Below, piece after piece: positions 17,191-26,395 of a DNA stretch of 42,525 bases. The position numbers were made by a program, and so were the translations under genes. The notes beneath the pieces were generated by a model. It saw nothing but the letters and a program-made list of their open reading frames with translations. It was not told the origin of the DNA and did not search any database. This DNA is from Candidatus Methanoperedenaceae archaeon. Lineage in GTDB: Archaea; Halobacteriota; Methanosarcinia; Methanosarcinales; Methanoperedenaceae. Each line of letters begins with the position of its first letter. The first letter of the stretch is position 1. The DNA lies in NCBI GenBank assembly GCA_963753595.1, contig CAVWCX010000025.1:1-42525 (forward strand), read 5' to 3'.

Positions 17191-19230
17191 TCATGGGCTT
17201 CCTATTAGAGATTTTATCTGATCGGTCAGTTTAGGAATGATGTTCAGTAAATAGAGAATATAAACAAAAGCCGCTATAATTAAGGTCGTAACATTATCGT
17301 ATATCTTTTCGACCAGTTTGCCCCATAATGAAATCTTAGTTTCCCCTCCAATGAAGCCCATACCCTGTTTTTTTGCGTAATCTCTTATCGCTTCAATAGA
17401 ATGTTCGGCGATAATTTTAAGCGCGCCTTCAAGTTTCTCGCTCACTTCGAGAAGATTATTATAACATTTACCCAAATTTTCTTCCTGAATGTGCAGTCCA
17501 ATTTTTCGGTGTTCTGCCAGTTCATCCACGCATTTGATTAGTTGTTTTAATGTATCGACAAGTGCAGCACCGTTGTTTAATTTTCTATCGGCATATATTT
17601 TATGTGCCATTTCAAGTGAGCTTAACCATTTATCCTTATCTATTTCAGCATCATCATTTTGTACCAATGCATTCATTGAATGTAGAATTTCAGAAAACAC
17701 TCTTATCGAAGAAAAACATGCATTGCAGATGTCTTTTCTCTCTCCCGCAGAGCAACAAGAGGCTTTTTCATAATATTTTGCAGCTTCACCTAAATTATCC
17801 ATTAATTCAGAAATATTAGGATTCTTACCGAATCTATTGAGAATCTTCCTGTACCTTGATTTTTCAGGTATTTTTCTGACAAAGGATTTTGCTTTAAGCA
17901 CATTCCCTTGCAGCGCCAAGTTATCTTTCAGAACGCCTTCTGTGGTTTCAGATGCATTTAGATATTCATCTCCCGCTTTTTTTGCATCTTCACCACTTTC
18001 TCGATATTTTTTTCGGTGGAAATTTTTTTCAGAATATCTTTCATAAAACCATGCTTTAGCTAAATAGAATTTAGTGATGTGACCTGTTTCTTTGAAAATG
18101 TTTGAAGCATTTTCAGTTTCGTTCCATGCATCTTCTCTTTTATCGAAATCGATTAGTAACATACCATACGCGCCATGAACATTCGCATTCATAGGGTCGG
18201 CTGCGATTGCTAGCTTATATTGTTCCTCTGCCTCTTCTTTCCTGTTAAGTTCCTGCAGCAGAATCGCATAATTAGAGTGCGCCGGAGCGTATTTCGGATC
18301 AGCTTCGATTGCCTGCTTTAATTGTTCCTCTGCCTCTTCATTCCTGTTAAGTTCACGCAGCAGGTTTGCATAATTGTAGCGGGCTAAAGCGTATTTTGAG
18401 TCTAGTTCTATAGCTTTTTTATAATTTTCCTCAGCTTCACTATTTCTATCCAATTCTTTAAGCAAGTTTGCATAATAGGTTTGCGCCTTTACGTGTTTCA
18501 AGTCAGCTTCGATTGCTATTTTAAGGTGCTTTTCTGCTTCGTTAATCCGGCTCAATTCTTTGAGAAGGATTGCATAATTGTAGTGCGCAGATGTAAATTT
18601 CGGATTTATTTCTATCGCTTTTTTAAAATGTTCTTCCGCCTCATTTATCCTATTTAGTTCTTCTAACAGGAGTGCATAATTGTAATGCACCACCTCAAGT
18701 TTCGGGTCAGCTTCAATCGCCAGTTTATAGTGTTGCTCCGCCTCATTTTTCCTATCAAGTTCCTGTAGCAGACCTGCATAATTAGAGTGCGCTGGAGCGT
18801 ATTTCGGGTCAGCTTCAATCGCCAGTTTATATTGTTGTTCCGCCTCATTTTTCCTATCAAGTTCACGTAGCAGAGCTGCATAATTAGAGTACGCATCTGC
18901 ATATTTCGGATCAGCTTCAATTGCTTTGTTATAACTTTCTTCCGAATTTTTCAGTTTACCAATAAACTGTGTCGCTAGGCCTGCATTACAATAAGCGATT
19001 GCTTTTGCATTTCCTTCCAAACCCTGCGCCGCTACAAGCGCCAAAACATAAGCAAAGTCATTTTTTTTGTTCAATCCATTTTCCGCCGATAAATCCAGCA
19101 TCTCTTCCGCCCCTATCCCCATCTCCCCCGCCACCCGCGCCGCCTCCTCCACGCACGCATCCAGGTCGCCGCGCTCGATGCAGGGCGCAAGTTTCTGGAG
19201 GAATTCTTCGGTTTTGTTATTATCTGGCAT
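17191..19230 (-). CDS. Tetratricopeptide-repeat protein with a C-terminal TM segment
   Basis: About nine 34-aa repeats (AHSNYA.LL.EL.R..EAE..YK.AIEADP), a helical C-terminal domain and a hydrophobic tail. Confidence 0.93.
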   Translation of the reverse strand: MPDNNKTEEFLQKLAPCIERGDLDACVEEAARVAGEMGIGAEEMLDLSAENGLNKKNDFAYVLALVAAQGLEGNAKAIAYCNAGLATQFIGKLKNSEESYNKAIEADPKYADAYSNYAALLRELDRKNEAEQQYKLAIEADPKYAPAHSNYAGLLQELDRKNEAEQHYKLAIEADPKLEVVHYNYALLLEELNRINEAEEHFKKAIEINPKFTSAHYNYAILLKELSRINEAEKHLKIAIEADLKHVKAQTYYANLLKELDRNSEAEENYKKAIELDSKYALARYNYANLLRELNRNEEAEEQLKQAIEADPKYAPAHSNYAILLQELNRKEEAEEQYKLAIAADPMNANVHGAYGMLLIDFDKREDAWNETENASNIFKETGHITKFYLAKAWFYERYSEKNFHRKKYRESGEDAKKAGDEYLNASETTEGVLKDNLALQGNVLKAKSFVRKIPEKSRYRKILNRFGKNPNISELMDNLGEAAKYYEKASCCSAGERKDICNACFSSIRVFSEILHSMNALVQNDDAEIDKDKWLSSLEMAHKIYADRKLNNGAALVDTLKQLIKCVDELAEHRKIGLHIQEENLGKCYNNLLEVSEKLEGALKIIAEHSIEAIRDYAKKQGMGFIGGETKISLWGKLVEKIYDNVTTLIIAAFVYILYLLNIIPKLTDQIKSLIGSP
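18701..18892 (-). repeat. Near-identical 102-bp tandem TPR coding repeats
   Basis: TTCGGGTCAGCTTCAATCGCCAGTTTATA...GCATAATTAGAGT recurs at 18701 and 18803. Confidence 0.85.
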
Positions 19231-19283
19231 TTTTATTCCATTCTTTGAACATTATGTCAAAATTTGTCCCCTAATTATATTTC

Positions 19284-19403
19284 TTAAAAATCCCCTGATA
19301 AGAGAATATCTCTGAGTTTAGAATTTTTTGGGATTAAGGCGGAAATAAGAATGTTTGTATCTATGACGAACTCAATTTTAATTTTTTCTTCTCTTTTTTC
19401 CAT
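19284..19403 (-). pseudogene. Truncated PIN-domain (VapC-like) toxin
   Basis: Manual translation MEKREEKIKIEFVIDTNILISALIPKNSKLRDILLSGDF* carries the PIN N-terminal motif VIDTNILISAL but stops after 39 aa. It overlaps the end of the upstream small gene. Confidence 0.75.
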
Positions 19404-19579
19404 ACCTCTCCTCTTATTTTCTCAAGTTGCTGCAAATCCTCTTCCCCAATATCCAATTTCTTTAATGTCTCCTCTATGAGTTCTCTTTTCCTGCTTTCGA
19501 TAGCTAATATTCTCTCCATTTGCAGTTTTACAAGGTCTTCATCTACCCATTCTGGAAGATTAATTAAAATTTGTTTCAT
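19361..19579 (-). CDS. Probable antitoxin (VapB-like partner of the truncated PIN gene)
   Basis: 72 aa, charged, RBS GAGGT, overlaps the PIN start. Confidence 0.65.
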   Translation of the reverse strand: MKQILINLPEWVDEDLVKLQMERILAIESRKRELIEETLKKLDIGEEDLQQLEKIRGEVWKKEKKKLKLSSS

Positions 19580-19720
19580 GATCTTACCTCTTTATCAATT
19601 AGAAGCTTTTTTTATCCTTAATCAAAGTTTGAATTTCGGTATCTAGGGGCATAAATATTCACATTCAAATTAATAGTATTATGCCAATTAACATATATAT
19701 AATATCGCAGAATATTCCTG

Positions 19721-19789
19721 CGCCACCCCCTCCGCACACCCATCCAGCTCACTGCGCTCGATACATGGCGCGAGTTTTTGTAAGAATTC
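19721..19789 (-). pseudogene. 5' fragment of a paralogous TPR gene
   Basis: Encodes EFLQKLAPCIERSELDGCAEGVA versus EFLQKLAPCIERGDLDACVEEAA in the TPR gene; 55/69 nt identical to 19138-19206. Confidence 0.8.
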
Positions 19790-19899
19790 AGCGATTTTTT
19801 TTATATCTCTTATTATTTTATAAAGTTCCATATCTTTTCTTTTGCCTTTTCCGTAAATTATAAGTCCATTAATAAACTCTTGGAACATGATTAAAGAGC

Positions 19900-21087
19900 A
19901 TGGACCTTAACAAATACAAAAACCTTACCCGCGGTATCTCTGACACTTATGTGAACGTGCACCCTATCCAGCGCGGCGGGGTACTGACAGCAGAAGCGCG
20001 AAAAGCTCTCCTTGAATTCGGGGACGGTTATTCAGTATGCGATTATTGTTTCGAATCAAGGGTAGATCTTGTTGATAAGCCGCCAGTTCACGATTTTACA
20101 GGGGATGTCGCAGAATTCCTCAATATGGACGATGTAAGGTTCACAGCAGGCTGCCGCCATGCGAAATGGGCTGTCATGCACATGGTTTGCGAACCCGGTG
20201 ATACCGTTGTGGTAGATGCTCTAGCCCATTATACTTCATATCTTGCCGCAGAGGCGAACAAATTAAACATTGTTGAAGTCCCGCATAATGGTTATCCCAG
20301 GTTTGAAATTGACCCGCAGGGATATGCCACTAAATTCGAAGAGATAGAGCAAAAGACCGGAAAACTTCCCTCGATTGCAGTGCTCACACATGTGGATTAC
20401 AGGTATGGCAATATCGCTGATGCCGAAAAAGTTGGGGAGATATGCAAAGAATACGGTGTCCCATTCCTTCTAAATACTGCTTATTCATCGGGAATCATGC
20501 CAGTGGATGGCAAGAAGCTCCATGTGGATTTCCTGTGCGGCTCAGGACATAAAAGCTGGGCGGCATCTGCGCCTATCGGAATACTTGCAACAACGTATGA
20601 ATGGAGCACGAAAGTTTTTAATAAATCAACATGCCGTGGAGACTGGAGCGGGCGCGGATTTTCAAAAAAGGAAGTTGCATTGTTCGGCTGCTCTCCAGTG
20701 TTCGGGGCGCCCGTGGCAACGCTTATGGCCTCATTTCCCGCAGTAGTAGAAAGGGTGAAGCATTGGGACGAAGAGGTAAAGAATGCGCAGTTTTTTATAA
20801 ACGAGCTTGAGAAGATCGAAGGGTTCCACCAGATGGGAGTCAAACCGAAACAGCATCCTCTTATGAACTTTGAAAGCCTGGCACTTCATGAAATTGCAGA
20901 AAAGGATAAGCGCAGGGGGTATTTCCTGTATCATGAGTTAAAAAAGAGAAAAATCGTTGGTCTACACCCCGGCATGAGCAAGAATTTCAAGATCAATACT
21001 TATGGCTTGAAACGGGAACAGATCGAATATGTGGCCGGCGCTTTTAAGGATATAGCAAAACAAAACGGAATTAAAGTTGAGGAATAA
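19900..21087 (+). CDS. pscS: O-phosphoseryl-tRNA:Cys-tRNA synthase (SepCysS)
   Basis: PIQRGG, FGDGYSVCDYC, HVDYRYGN, SGHKS (PLP Lys), LFGC, RGYFLYHELK. Confidence 0.95.
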   Translation: MDLNKYKNLTRGISDTYVNVHPIQRGGVLTAEARKALLEFGDGYSVCDYCFESRVDLVDKPPVHDFTGDVAEFLNMDDVRFTAGCRHAKWAVMHMVCEPGDTVVVDALAHYTSYLAAEANKLNIVEVPHNGYPRFEIDPQGYATKFEEIEQKTGKLPSIAVLTHVDYRYGNIADAEKVGEICKEYGVPFLLNTAYSSGIMPVDGKKLHVDFLCGSGHKSWAASAPIGILATTYEWSTKVFNKSTCRGDWSGRGFSKKEVALFGCSPVFGAPVATLMASFPAVVERVKHWDEEVKNAQFFINELEKIEGFHQMGVKPKQHPLMNFESLALHEIAEKDKRRGYFLYHELKKRKIVGLHPGMSKNFKINTYGLKREQIEYVAGAFKDIAKQNGIKVEE

Positions 21088-21089
21088 CG

Positions 21090-22103
21090 ATGAAATATGC
21101 AGAATTATCAATGAAATTCAGGAAATTTTTTGAACTTCCTTCTTCACCAGTTGCGATCAGGATCATTAATGACGCTTCAGAAAAAAAAACAAGCAGCCAG
21201 CCAATGCGCTTTTGTGAAATGGTAAGAAAAAGCGCTTTTTACGGGGAAAGTTTCGTTTTTAGCGTAGAAGAACTCACGTGCACAAGCGCAGAACTTGCTC
21301 TTGGTTTCACGGAACCAAGCTACGGCGAGGTCTATCCACGAATAAAGCCTGCAAACACCAAACTCGTAAGTGTCAGCTCCCTTGAAAAGACAGAGAAAAA
21401 ACCCGACGTTGTTATCATAGTCGGCAATCCCCGGAAAATCATGCGCGTTTCCACAATACTTGCGCAATTGCATGAAAAACGGCCTGTTGAAGTAAAATTC
21501 AAAGGAGAGTTCGCTGTCTGCGGTGAGTGTACTGCAATCCCGTTCATGGAGAAAAAAGTGAACCTGTCGCTTCTTTGCAATGGAGCAAGGATGTTCTCCG
21601 GCTACCGGGATGACGAGGTTGTAATGGGTTTCCCGCTTGATGATTTTGTCCGAATCGCAGAAAGCACAGAAGAAAAAGAGATAACAAGCGCATTGTGCGG
21701 CTGTATTATGGATGACATTCCTGCAGGTGCTGTTTCAGCGATCGAAAAAGCAGGATTCGGAAAAGGAACTGACCAGTTCTTCGGACGCTTCGGAAGTGAG
21801 ATCGTACGATTATATACACCAAAAGAAAAAGATGGAAAGATCACATCGCTGACACTGCATGTACCAATAAAATTCAAAGATACCGAGACTGCGTCTTCTG
21901 CCAATGAAAAAGCAAAGGAAATCCTGGAGAAACCATTGCTTCACAGGGTAAGGGATAACTGGGTTGATATTGCGCTTCCCCTTGAACTCGGAGAAACACT
22001 CAACAGGGCAAGCATGCGTGGTGAGAAGTTCGAAGCGCTCCTTAAAAGTGGCATTGACACGATCTTAAAGGAAACAGAAAAGGTAAAGAGGAAAGCAACA
22101 TAA
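21090..22103 (+). CDS. DUF169-family Cys-rich protein with a C-terminal extension
   Basis: SPVAI, MRFCEMV, LTCTSAELALG, PDVVII, AVCGEC, SLLCNGAR; starts 2 nt after the pscS stop. Confidence 0.8.
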   Translation: MKYAELSMKFRKFFELPSSPVAIRIINDASEKKTSSQPMRFCEMVRKSAFYGESFVFSVEELTCTSAELALGFTEPSYGEVYPRIKPANTKLVSVSSLEKTEKKPDVVIIVGNPRKIMRVSTILAQLHEKRPVEVKFKGEFAVCGECTAIPFMEKKVNLSLLCNGARMFSGYRDDEVVMGFPLDDFVRIAESTEEKEITSALCGCIMDDIPAGAVSAIEKAGFGKGTDQFFGRFGSEIVRLYTPKEKDGKITSLTLHVPIKFKDTETASSANEKAKEILEKPLLHRVRDNWVDIALPLELGETLNRASMRGEKFEALLKSGIDTILKETEKVKRKAT

Positions 22104-22201
22104 TACTTTCACTTCACGCTAGAAATAGTATATCATCCGTTGGGTTTTTATTGCGTTTTGCCAGGCCCCGGGAGATTTATGAAAGTTGCGGCAAGGGCGC
22201 C

Positions 22202-22350
22202 AAACACTTTGGCAGCGTGGAAAATGTCATGAAAGCGCCGCTGGAGGAACTAATGAAGGTGGATCATGTTTTGGTTATAAGACCGCAAAAAGGATCCGGG
22301 AACTTGCAGGAGGGCGGTATGAGTCAAAGCAAAATGACAGTGGAATTTAA
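22202..22350 (+). pseudogene. Frameshifted 3' remnant of a Hef/ERCC4-type (HhH)2 domain gene
   Basis: KHFGSVENVMKAPLEELMKVD in one frame continues as GYKTAKRIRELAGGRY...* in another (22273-22350). No upstream gene body is present. Confidence 0.7.
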
Positions 22351-22948
22351 AGACAATGAGATAATCCTTGATAAAAATCGATCAATAATTGATGATATGG
22401 CATTGGATTTTTCGGAAATACTTGTAAGAAATAATATCAGGTATGTGTTTTTCTCAAGATATGTTTCAATTCTATTAGGTAATAATGAAACAAATGAAGA
22501 AAGAAATGATATTGATATCCTGATCCAGAATATCGCATTTGAGAAATTCCTGAAATTATGGCTTGAAATCGAAAGATCATACGAATGTAAAAACACAAGC
22601 GATCCCATTGATGCATACAATGCCTACCTGAAAAACTATCATGCTGTAAAGATAATAAAAAAAGACAGTCAAATTCCAGAGTTCAGGATAAAGATCGTCA
22701 AAAATGAATTGGACAGGTTTACCCTGAAATACAGGAAAAAAGTAATACTTGGAGACAGGATTCTATTCATTTCACCTCTTGAAATGCAAATACCATACAA
22801 CTTATTCAAAGGTTCTCGAAAAGATATCGATGATGCAAGATACCTTTACAAATTATCACGGGAAAAACTTAACATTACAATGATGGAGAGGTTCCTTAGC
22901 GAATTGAAAATCCCCAGGGAAAGTATAGATATATATCTCAAAATATAG
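22319..22948 (+). CDS. Archaeal nucleotidyltransferase-like protein, degenerate
   Basis: IRYVFFSRYVSILLG...DIDILI...ISPLEMQIPY...KDIDDARYL. ATG 22319 follows GGAGG; the ORF-track extension to 22151 is the HhH remnant. Confidence 0.6.
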   Translation: MSQSKMTVEFKDNEIILDKNRSIIDDMALDFSEILVRNNIRYVFFSRYVSILLGNNETNEERNDIDILIQNIAFEKFLKLWLEIERSYECKNTSDPIDAYNAYLKNYHAVKIIKKDSQIPEFRIKIVKNELDRFTLKYRKKVILGDRILFISPLEMQIPYNLFKGSRKDIDDARYLYKLSREKLNITMMERFLSELKIPRESIDIYLKI

Positions 22949-23028
22949 ATGAAATGTGCTGAAAAAGATTCCGGATATGCTCATGATTTGGATATAATTT
23001 TGGAAAATGCTTATAAAAAAATAAAATA

Positions 23029-23229
23029 ATGTTAAAATTTATAATGAAAAAAACAATTATTCTGACTTTTACGGCATCAATCACATATTTTATTATCTAT
23101 ATCCTGCTGAAATTTTTTTTACAGAATAAGATCCTTGATTGGGAAAGTGCATTGTTGGGTGCTTTAACGTTCGGTTTTATCATTTTCCTTATACATAATT
23201 TTTTTATCCGGACAAAGCCAGTTCAATGA
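23029..23229 (+). CDS. Small 2-TM membrane protein
   Basis: 66 aa, two hydrophobic helices around DWESAL. Confidence 0.55.
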   Translation: MLKFIMKKTIILTFTASITYFIIYILLKFFLQNKILDWESALLGALTFGFIIFLIHNFFIRTKPVQ

Positions 23230-23263
23230 TAAACTCCCTGGCTTTCAATTAAATTGTGCAATC

Positions 23264-23638
23264 TCAGGCTTTCTGTTTCTTCTGTAATTTCTTCAATATC
23301 TTATGCCACTCCAGCATAAAGAGAACTAATCCGGAAAGTGCAATAAATTCAAAAAATTTATAGGTTGTATTATCCGGTGCATTTTCTTCCAGACCTTCAA
23401 GAAATTCATGAAATATCATAAAAAATCCTGCAATGAATATAAATATGCTGCTGCGGTAAAAACTATTTTTATTTGAAATTATTTCATCCGAATTCGCTTC
23501 TTTCTTGTTTATGAATTTCCATGCCAACACTATTTGAATGGCAAGAAAAACTGCAACCAAGATAAATATTATGATTACTCCCTCAATAATTCTATATAGA
23601 GTAAGATCATCAATTATTCCACCCAATAATCTATCCAT
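23264..23638 (-). CDS. Hypothetical 3-TM membrane protein (paralog of 10572-10982)
   Basis: 124 aa; TATA-like TTTATAAA about 25 nt upstream. Confidence 0.7.
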   Translation of the reverse strand: MDRLLGGIIDDLTLYRIIEGVIIIFILVAVFLAIQIVLAWKFINKKEANSDEIISNKNSFYRSSIFIFIAGFFMIFHEFLEGLEENAPDNTTYKFFEFIALSGLVLFMLEWHKILKKLQKKQKA

Positions 23639-23727
23639 CTGGAGAGCTTATGATTTATTAATTTATAAAGATTTTCATGTTATTTTTTTCATATCATTTC
23701 CATTATAATTCCGATTCTTCTTGATTC

Positions 23728-25599
23728 TCATCTGGCTCCCCCTCCCCCTCCTCCAAATCCACCGCCTCCGCCGAATCCACCACCGCCACTGAATCCACCG
23801 CCACCAGATGAAGGCGGAGTTGGCGGAGAAGTCATGCCATATGCGCCTCTAAAGTATATCGGCATGTAGTTCACCGCATGGACTTCAGGTATTTGTATAT
23901 TAAGTTGTTTCATGGCTTCAACAACCTTATCTCCGACGCCGAGCGTTGTTGCATAGATAAGCCATTCCTGCCACATCTTTAGATCAGCAGGCGCATATTT
24001 CTTTATAGATGCAAAATCCGAAAGGAATGTCTTGAAAGCATCCCACTCGAGTTTTTCTTTATAATAATTCTCTTTCCACCTTCCAAAAAGCGAAGATGAA
24101 ACAAATAATGTGGGAATGGTTTGAAGGAAAAGTACAATGGAGGTATATATTCCATATGAAAATAAAAAAGAAGTGACGAACAAGACTAGTAGAAAAAGCC
24201 CGAATATCATCCAGATGTATTTCTTTCCGCTCATTACAAATTCTTCTGAAGCCTTTTTCTCGGGTACTCTCATCAAATGATTCATCGAGTTGCGAATATC
24301 ACTCAGTTCGCGCCTGGCCCACGAATTCCCCCCTGTGACCTTAGTCCTCAATTTTTCGAGCTTTTGTTCAAATTCACCGGTATCAAACACATTATCCAAA
24401 GAGTGCTTATTAAGAAACCTGAGCACCTTTATCTCATATTCATCATCTCCAGCAGCATGTCCTTTCAGGGCAGTTGTCCTTGATCTCCCGGATTTTGTCG
24501 CCTCCTCTTCTTTATACCCCAGCATTTTGATCTTTAATTTCTTTTCTTCCCCGGTTTCAATTTTGATAATTTCTCGCTTGTGCAAGTCAAGAAGAGTGGC
24601 ATAAAATCCATTCTCATCATAATCAAAGGGGTCTTTTCTGAAAACAAGATTCACAAGCCATGGTTTCCGGTTCCTGGGAACAAAACTCAGGAATTTTGGC
24701 ACAGTGAAACTTTTCTCCCTGCCGAATTTATAATAAATAAATGCGAGAATCACCGGAAAAAGGAGTACCATAGCTTTTAATCCAAAACTTAATCCTGAAA
24801 AGATAGAATATTTAGAATTTGCAGCAAGTGTTTTTTCTTTGACACCAGGTACGGATTCTGGAAATCCTTCCATTTCCCCTGAAATAGCGGGATCAAGCAA
24901 CATCTCGATCTCAAAAAGTGTATCCTTCGGGCTTACTCCTCTTACAATCCACGTATCACCATCTTTCTTTACATCCATTAAAGAATGCTCAAAGAGCTGA
25001 AAGACATAGCCCTGGGGATCATGAACTGTTATCATGACATTTTTATATGGCAGGTGCTCATCTGCCAGTTGTAAATTTAAATGGCAGTAATCCTTATCGC
25101 ATTCAAGAGGAGGATGCAACCTGAAAACATAGCTGAGCTCATATTTTCCGGCATCGAATCGTACAGGGTTGTAGCTGCCTGCTTCGTTTTGCTCCGCAAG
25201 GGATGAAATTTCATTTGTATATTGTGCATCTGTATTTGAAATAACTTTGGTGTTCCCATTAAAATCCTTAACATAAGGAAATGTTCCAAGAGGCGAAGAG
25301 ATGTTTACAAGTTCTATGTTTGGATCATTTTTTACTGTTGTGTCATCTGGTATCCCATAGGAAAGCGGTACTTTCCAGTCTCGATAAAGCATCCGATATT
25401 TAAAGGGTTCTTTAATTTCATAAATAAATTTTTCCTCAAGTGTTCCATTCAGGTATAGATTAGCGCTGTAGCTGTCAACATAAACATCCCCACATCCGCT
25501 CAAGCCGCATGCACCCTGCATTCCGGCCACGTAAAGTCCTGAAAAACCTATCAGTGTTACGACAATTAATAAAATAATTATTTCCTTATTTTCATTCAA
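23728..25599 (-). CDS. DUF2207-family membrane protein
   Basis: Extracellular N-domain, [27 protein letters not shown] and a Gly-rich GGGF tail; coupled to lemA. Confidence 0.9.
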   Translation of the reverse strand: MNENKEIIILLIVVTLIGFSGLYVAGMQGACGLSGCGDVYVDSYSANLYLNGTLEEKFIYEIKEPFKYRMLYRDWKVPLSYGIPDDTTVKNDPNIELVNISSPLGTFPYVKDFNGNTKVISNTDAQYTNEISSLAEQNEAGSYNPVRFDAGKYELSYVFRLHPPLECDKDYCHLNLQLADEHLPYKNVMITVHDPQGYVFQLFEHSLMDVKKDGDTWIVRGVSPKDTLFEIEMLLDPAISGEMEGFPESVPGVKEKTLAANSKYSIFSGLSFGLKAMVLLFPVILAFIYYKFGREKSFTVPKFLSFVPRNRKPWLVNLVFRKDPFDYDENGFYATLLDLHKREIIKIETGEEKKLKIKMLGYKEEEATKSGRSRTTALKGHAAGDDEYEIKVLRFLNKHSLDNVFDTGEFEQKLEKLRTKVTGGNSWARRELSDIRNSMNHLMRVPEKKASEEFVMSGKKYIWMIFGLFLLVLFVTSFLFSYGIYTSIVLFLQTIPTLFVSSSLFGRWKENYYKEKLEWDAFKTFLSDFASIKKYAPADLKMWQEWLIYATTLGVGDKVVEAMKQLNIQIPEVHAVNYMPIYFRGAYGMTSPPTPPSSGGGGFSGGGGFGGGGGFGGGGGGAR

Positions 25600-26180
25600 C
25601 CCCAGCTCACCACTGGCCTTTTTAATTCCTCATCAAAGAAATCCAGATATTCCTTCTTGCTCATGCCAGCCGAACGTCCAATGAATCTTGAAGGAATAGT
25701 ATCAAGCATTGTATTGTATTCCTGGATAATATTATTATACGTATACCTGTGCCTTGCTATCTCATCCTCCATATCTTTGACTGAGGTCATCAATGGAGTT
25801 ACTGTCTCTGAGGTTTTTAATGCAGGATAATTTTCAGCAACCGCAATTATATTACCAAGTATCCCGCGGCTTTCACCGTCAATATTTTTCAGTTCCTCGG
25901 TGCCGGCTTTTCCAACATTTGCCCGCATGCTCGTTATTTTCTCGAAGGTGCCCTGCTCGAACTTAGAATAGCTTTTAACTGCCTCAACAAGCTGTTCGAT
26001 CATGTCAAGCCGCTTTTTCATCGCAACTCTTGTCTGGGACAGTGTTGCATCTGCGGCATTCCTTAAACTTTTGAGCCTGTTATATGTAGAAAAGAAATAG
26101 ATAACACTAACCACGAATATTATTATAAGGACAGATACCACAAGTAAAATATCCATATTAATATAAGTTATTTCATGCAC
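25596..26180 (-). CDS. lemA: LemA-family protein
   Basis: N-terminal [37 protein letters not shown]. Confidence 0.93.
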   Translation of the reverse strand: MHEITYINMDILLVVSVLIIIFVVSVIYFFSTYNRLKSLRNAADATLSQTRVAMKKRLDMIEQLVEAVKSYSKFEQGTFEKITSMRANVGKAGTEELKNIDGESRGILGNIIAVAENYPALKTSETVTPLMTSVKDMEDEIARHRYTYNNIIQEYNTMLDTIPSRFIGRSAGMSKKEYLDFFDEELKRPVVSWG

Positions 26181-26229
26181 TATATAAAATTTCTGATACG
26201 TGGTGACTCAATTCATTTTTGATCCTTTT

Positions 26230-26360
26230 TTTGAAAGCTGCTCTTCCAGTTCCTTCCCCAGCCCACCTGTGATACCCCATCTTTCCGATCATCTCTTTAG
26301 CCTTCGCAAAGTGCTCCAGCGCATTCCCTTTATTTCCTATAGCCAGATACAGCCGCGAAT
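26230..26360 (-). pseudogene. 3' remnant of a TPR-type gene
   Basis: SRLYLAIGNKGNALEHFAKAKEMIGKMGYHRW, then after a frame change KELEEQL; no start or gene body. Confidence 0.55.
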
Positions 26361-26395
26361 CTCTCTTCAGAATACTTATTTATTAATTCATCTAA

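Noticed and set aside
16727-17194. 155-aa minus-strand ORF bridging the TPR gene and tatD
   Set aside because: It is translated REP-like repeats (HREHRGHRE, PQMNADKRR); most likely non-coding.
19688-19888. 66-aa ORF as a real gene
   Set aside because: Only the 23-codon TPR-paralog piece looks coding; the rest overlaps the pscS promoter region.
22949-23029. 26-codon ORF coupled to the next gene by TAATG
   Set aside because: Too short, no motif, and it overlaps a probable TATA element.
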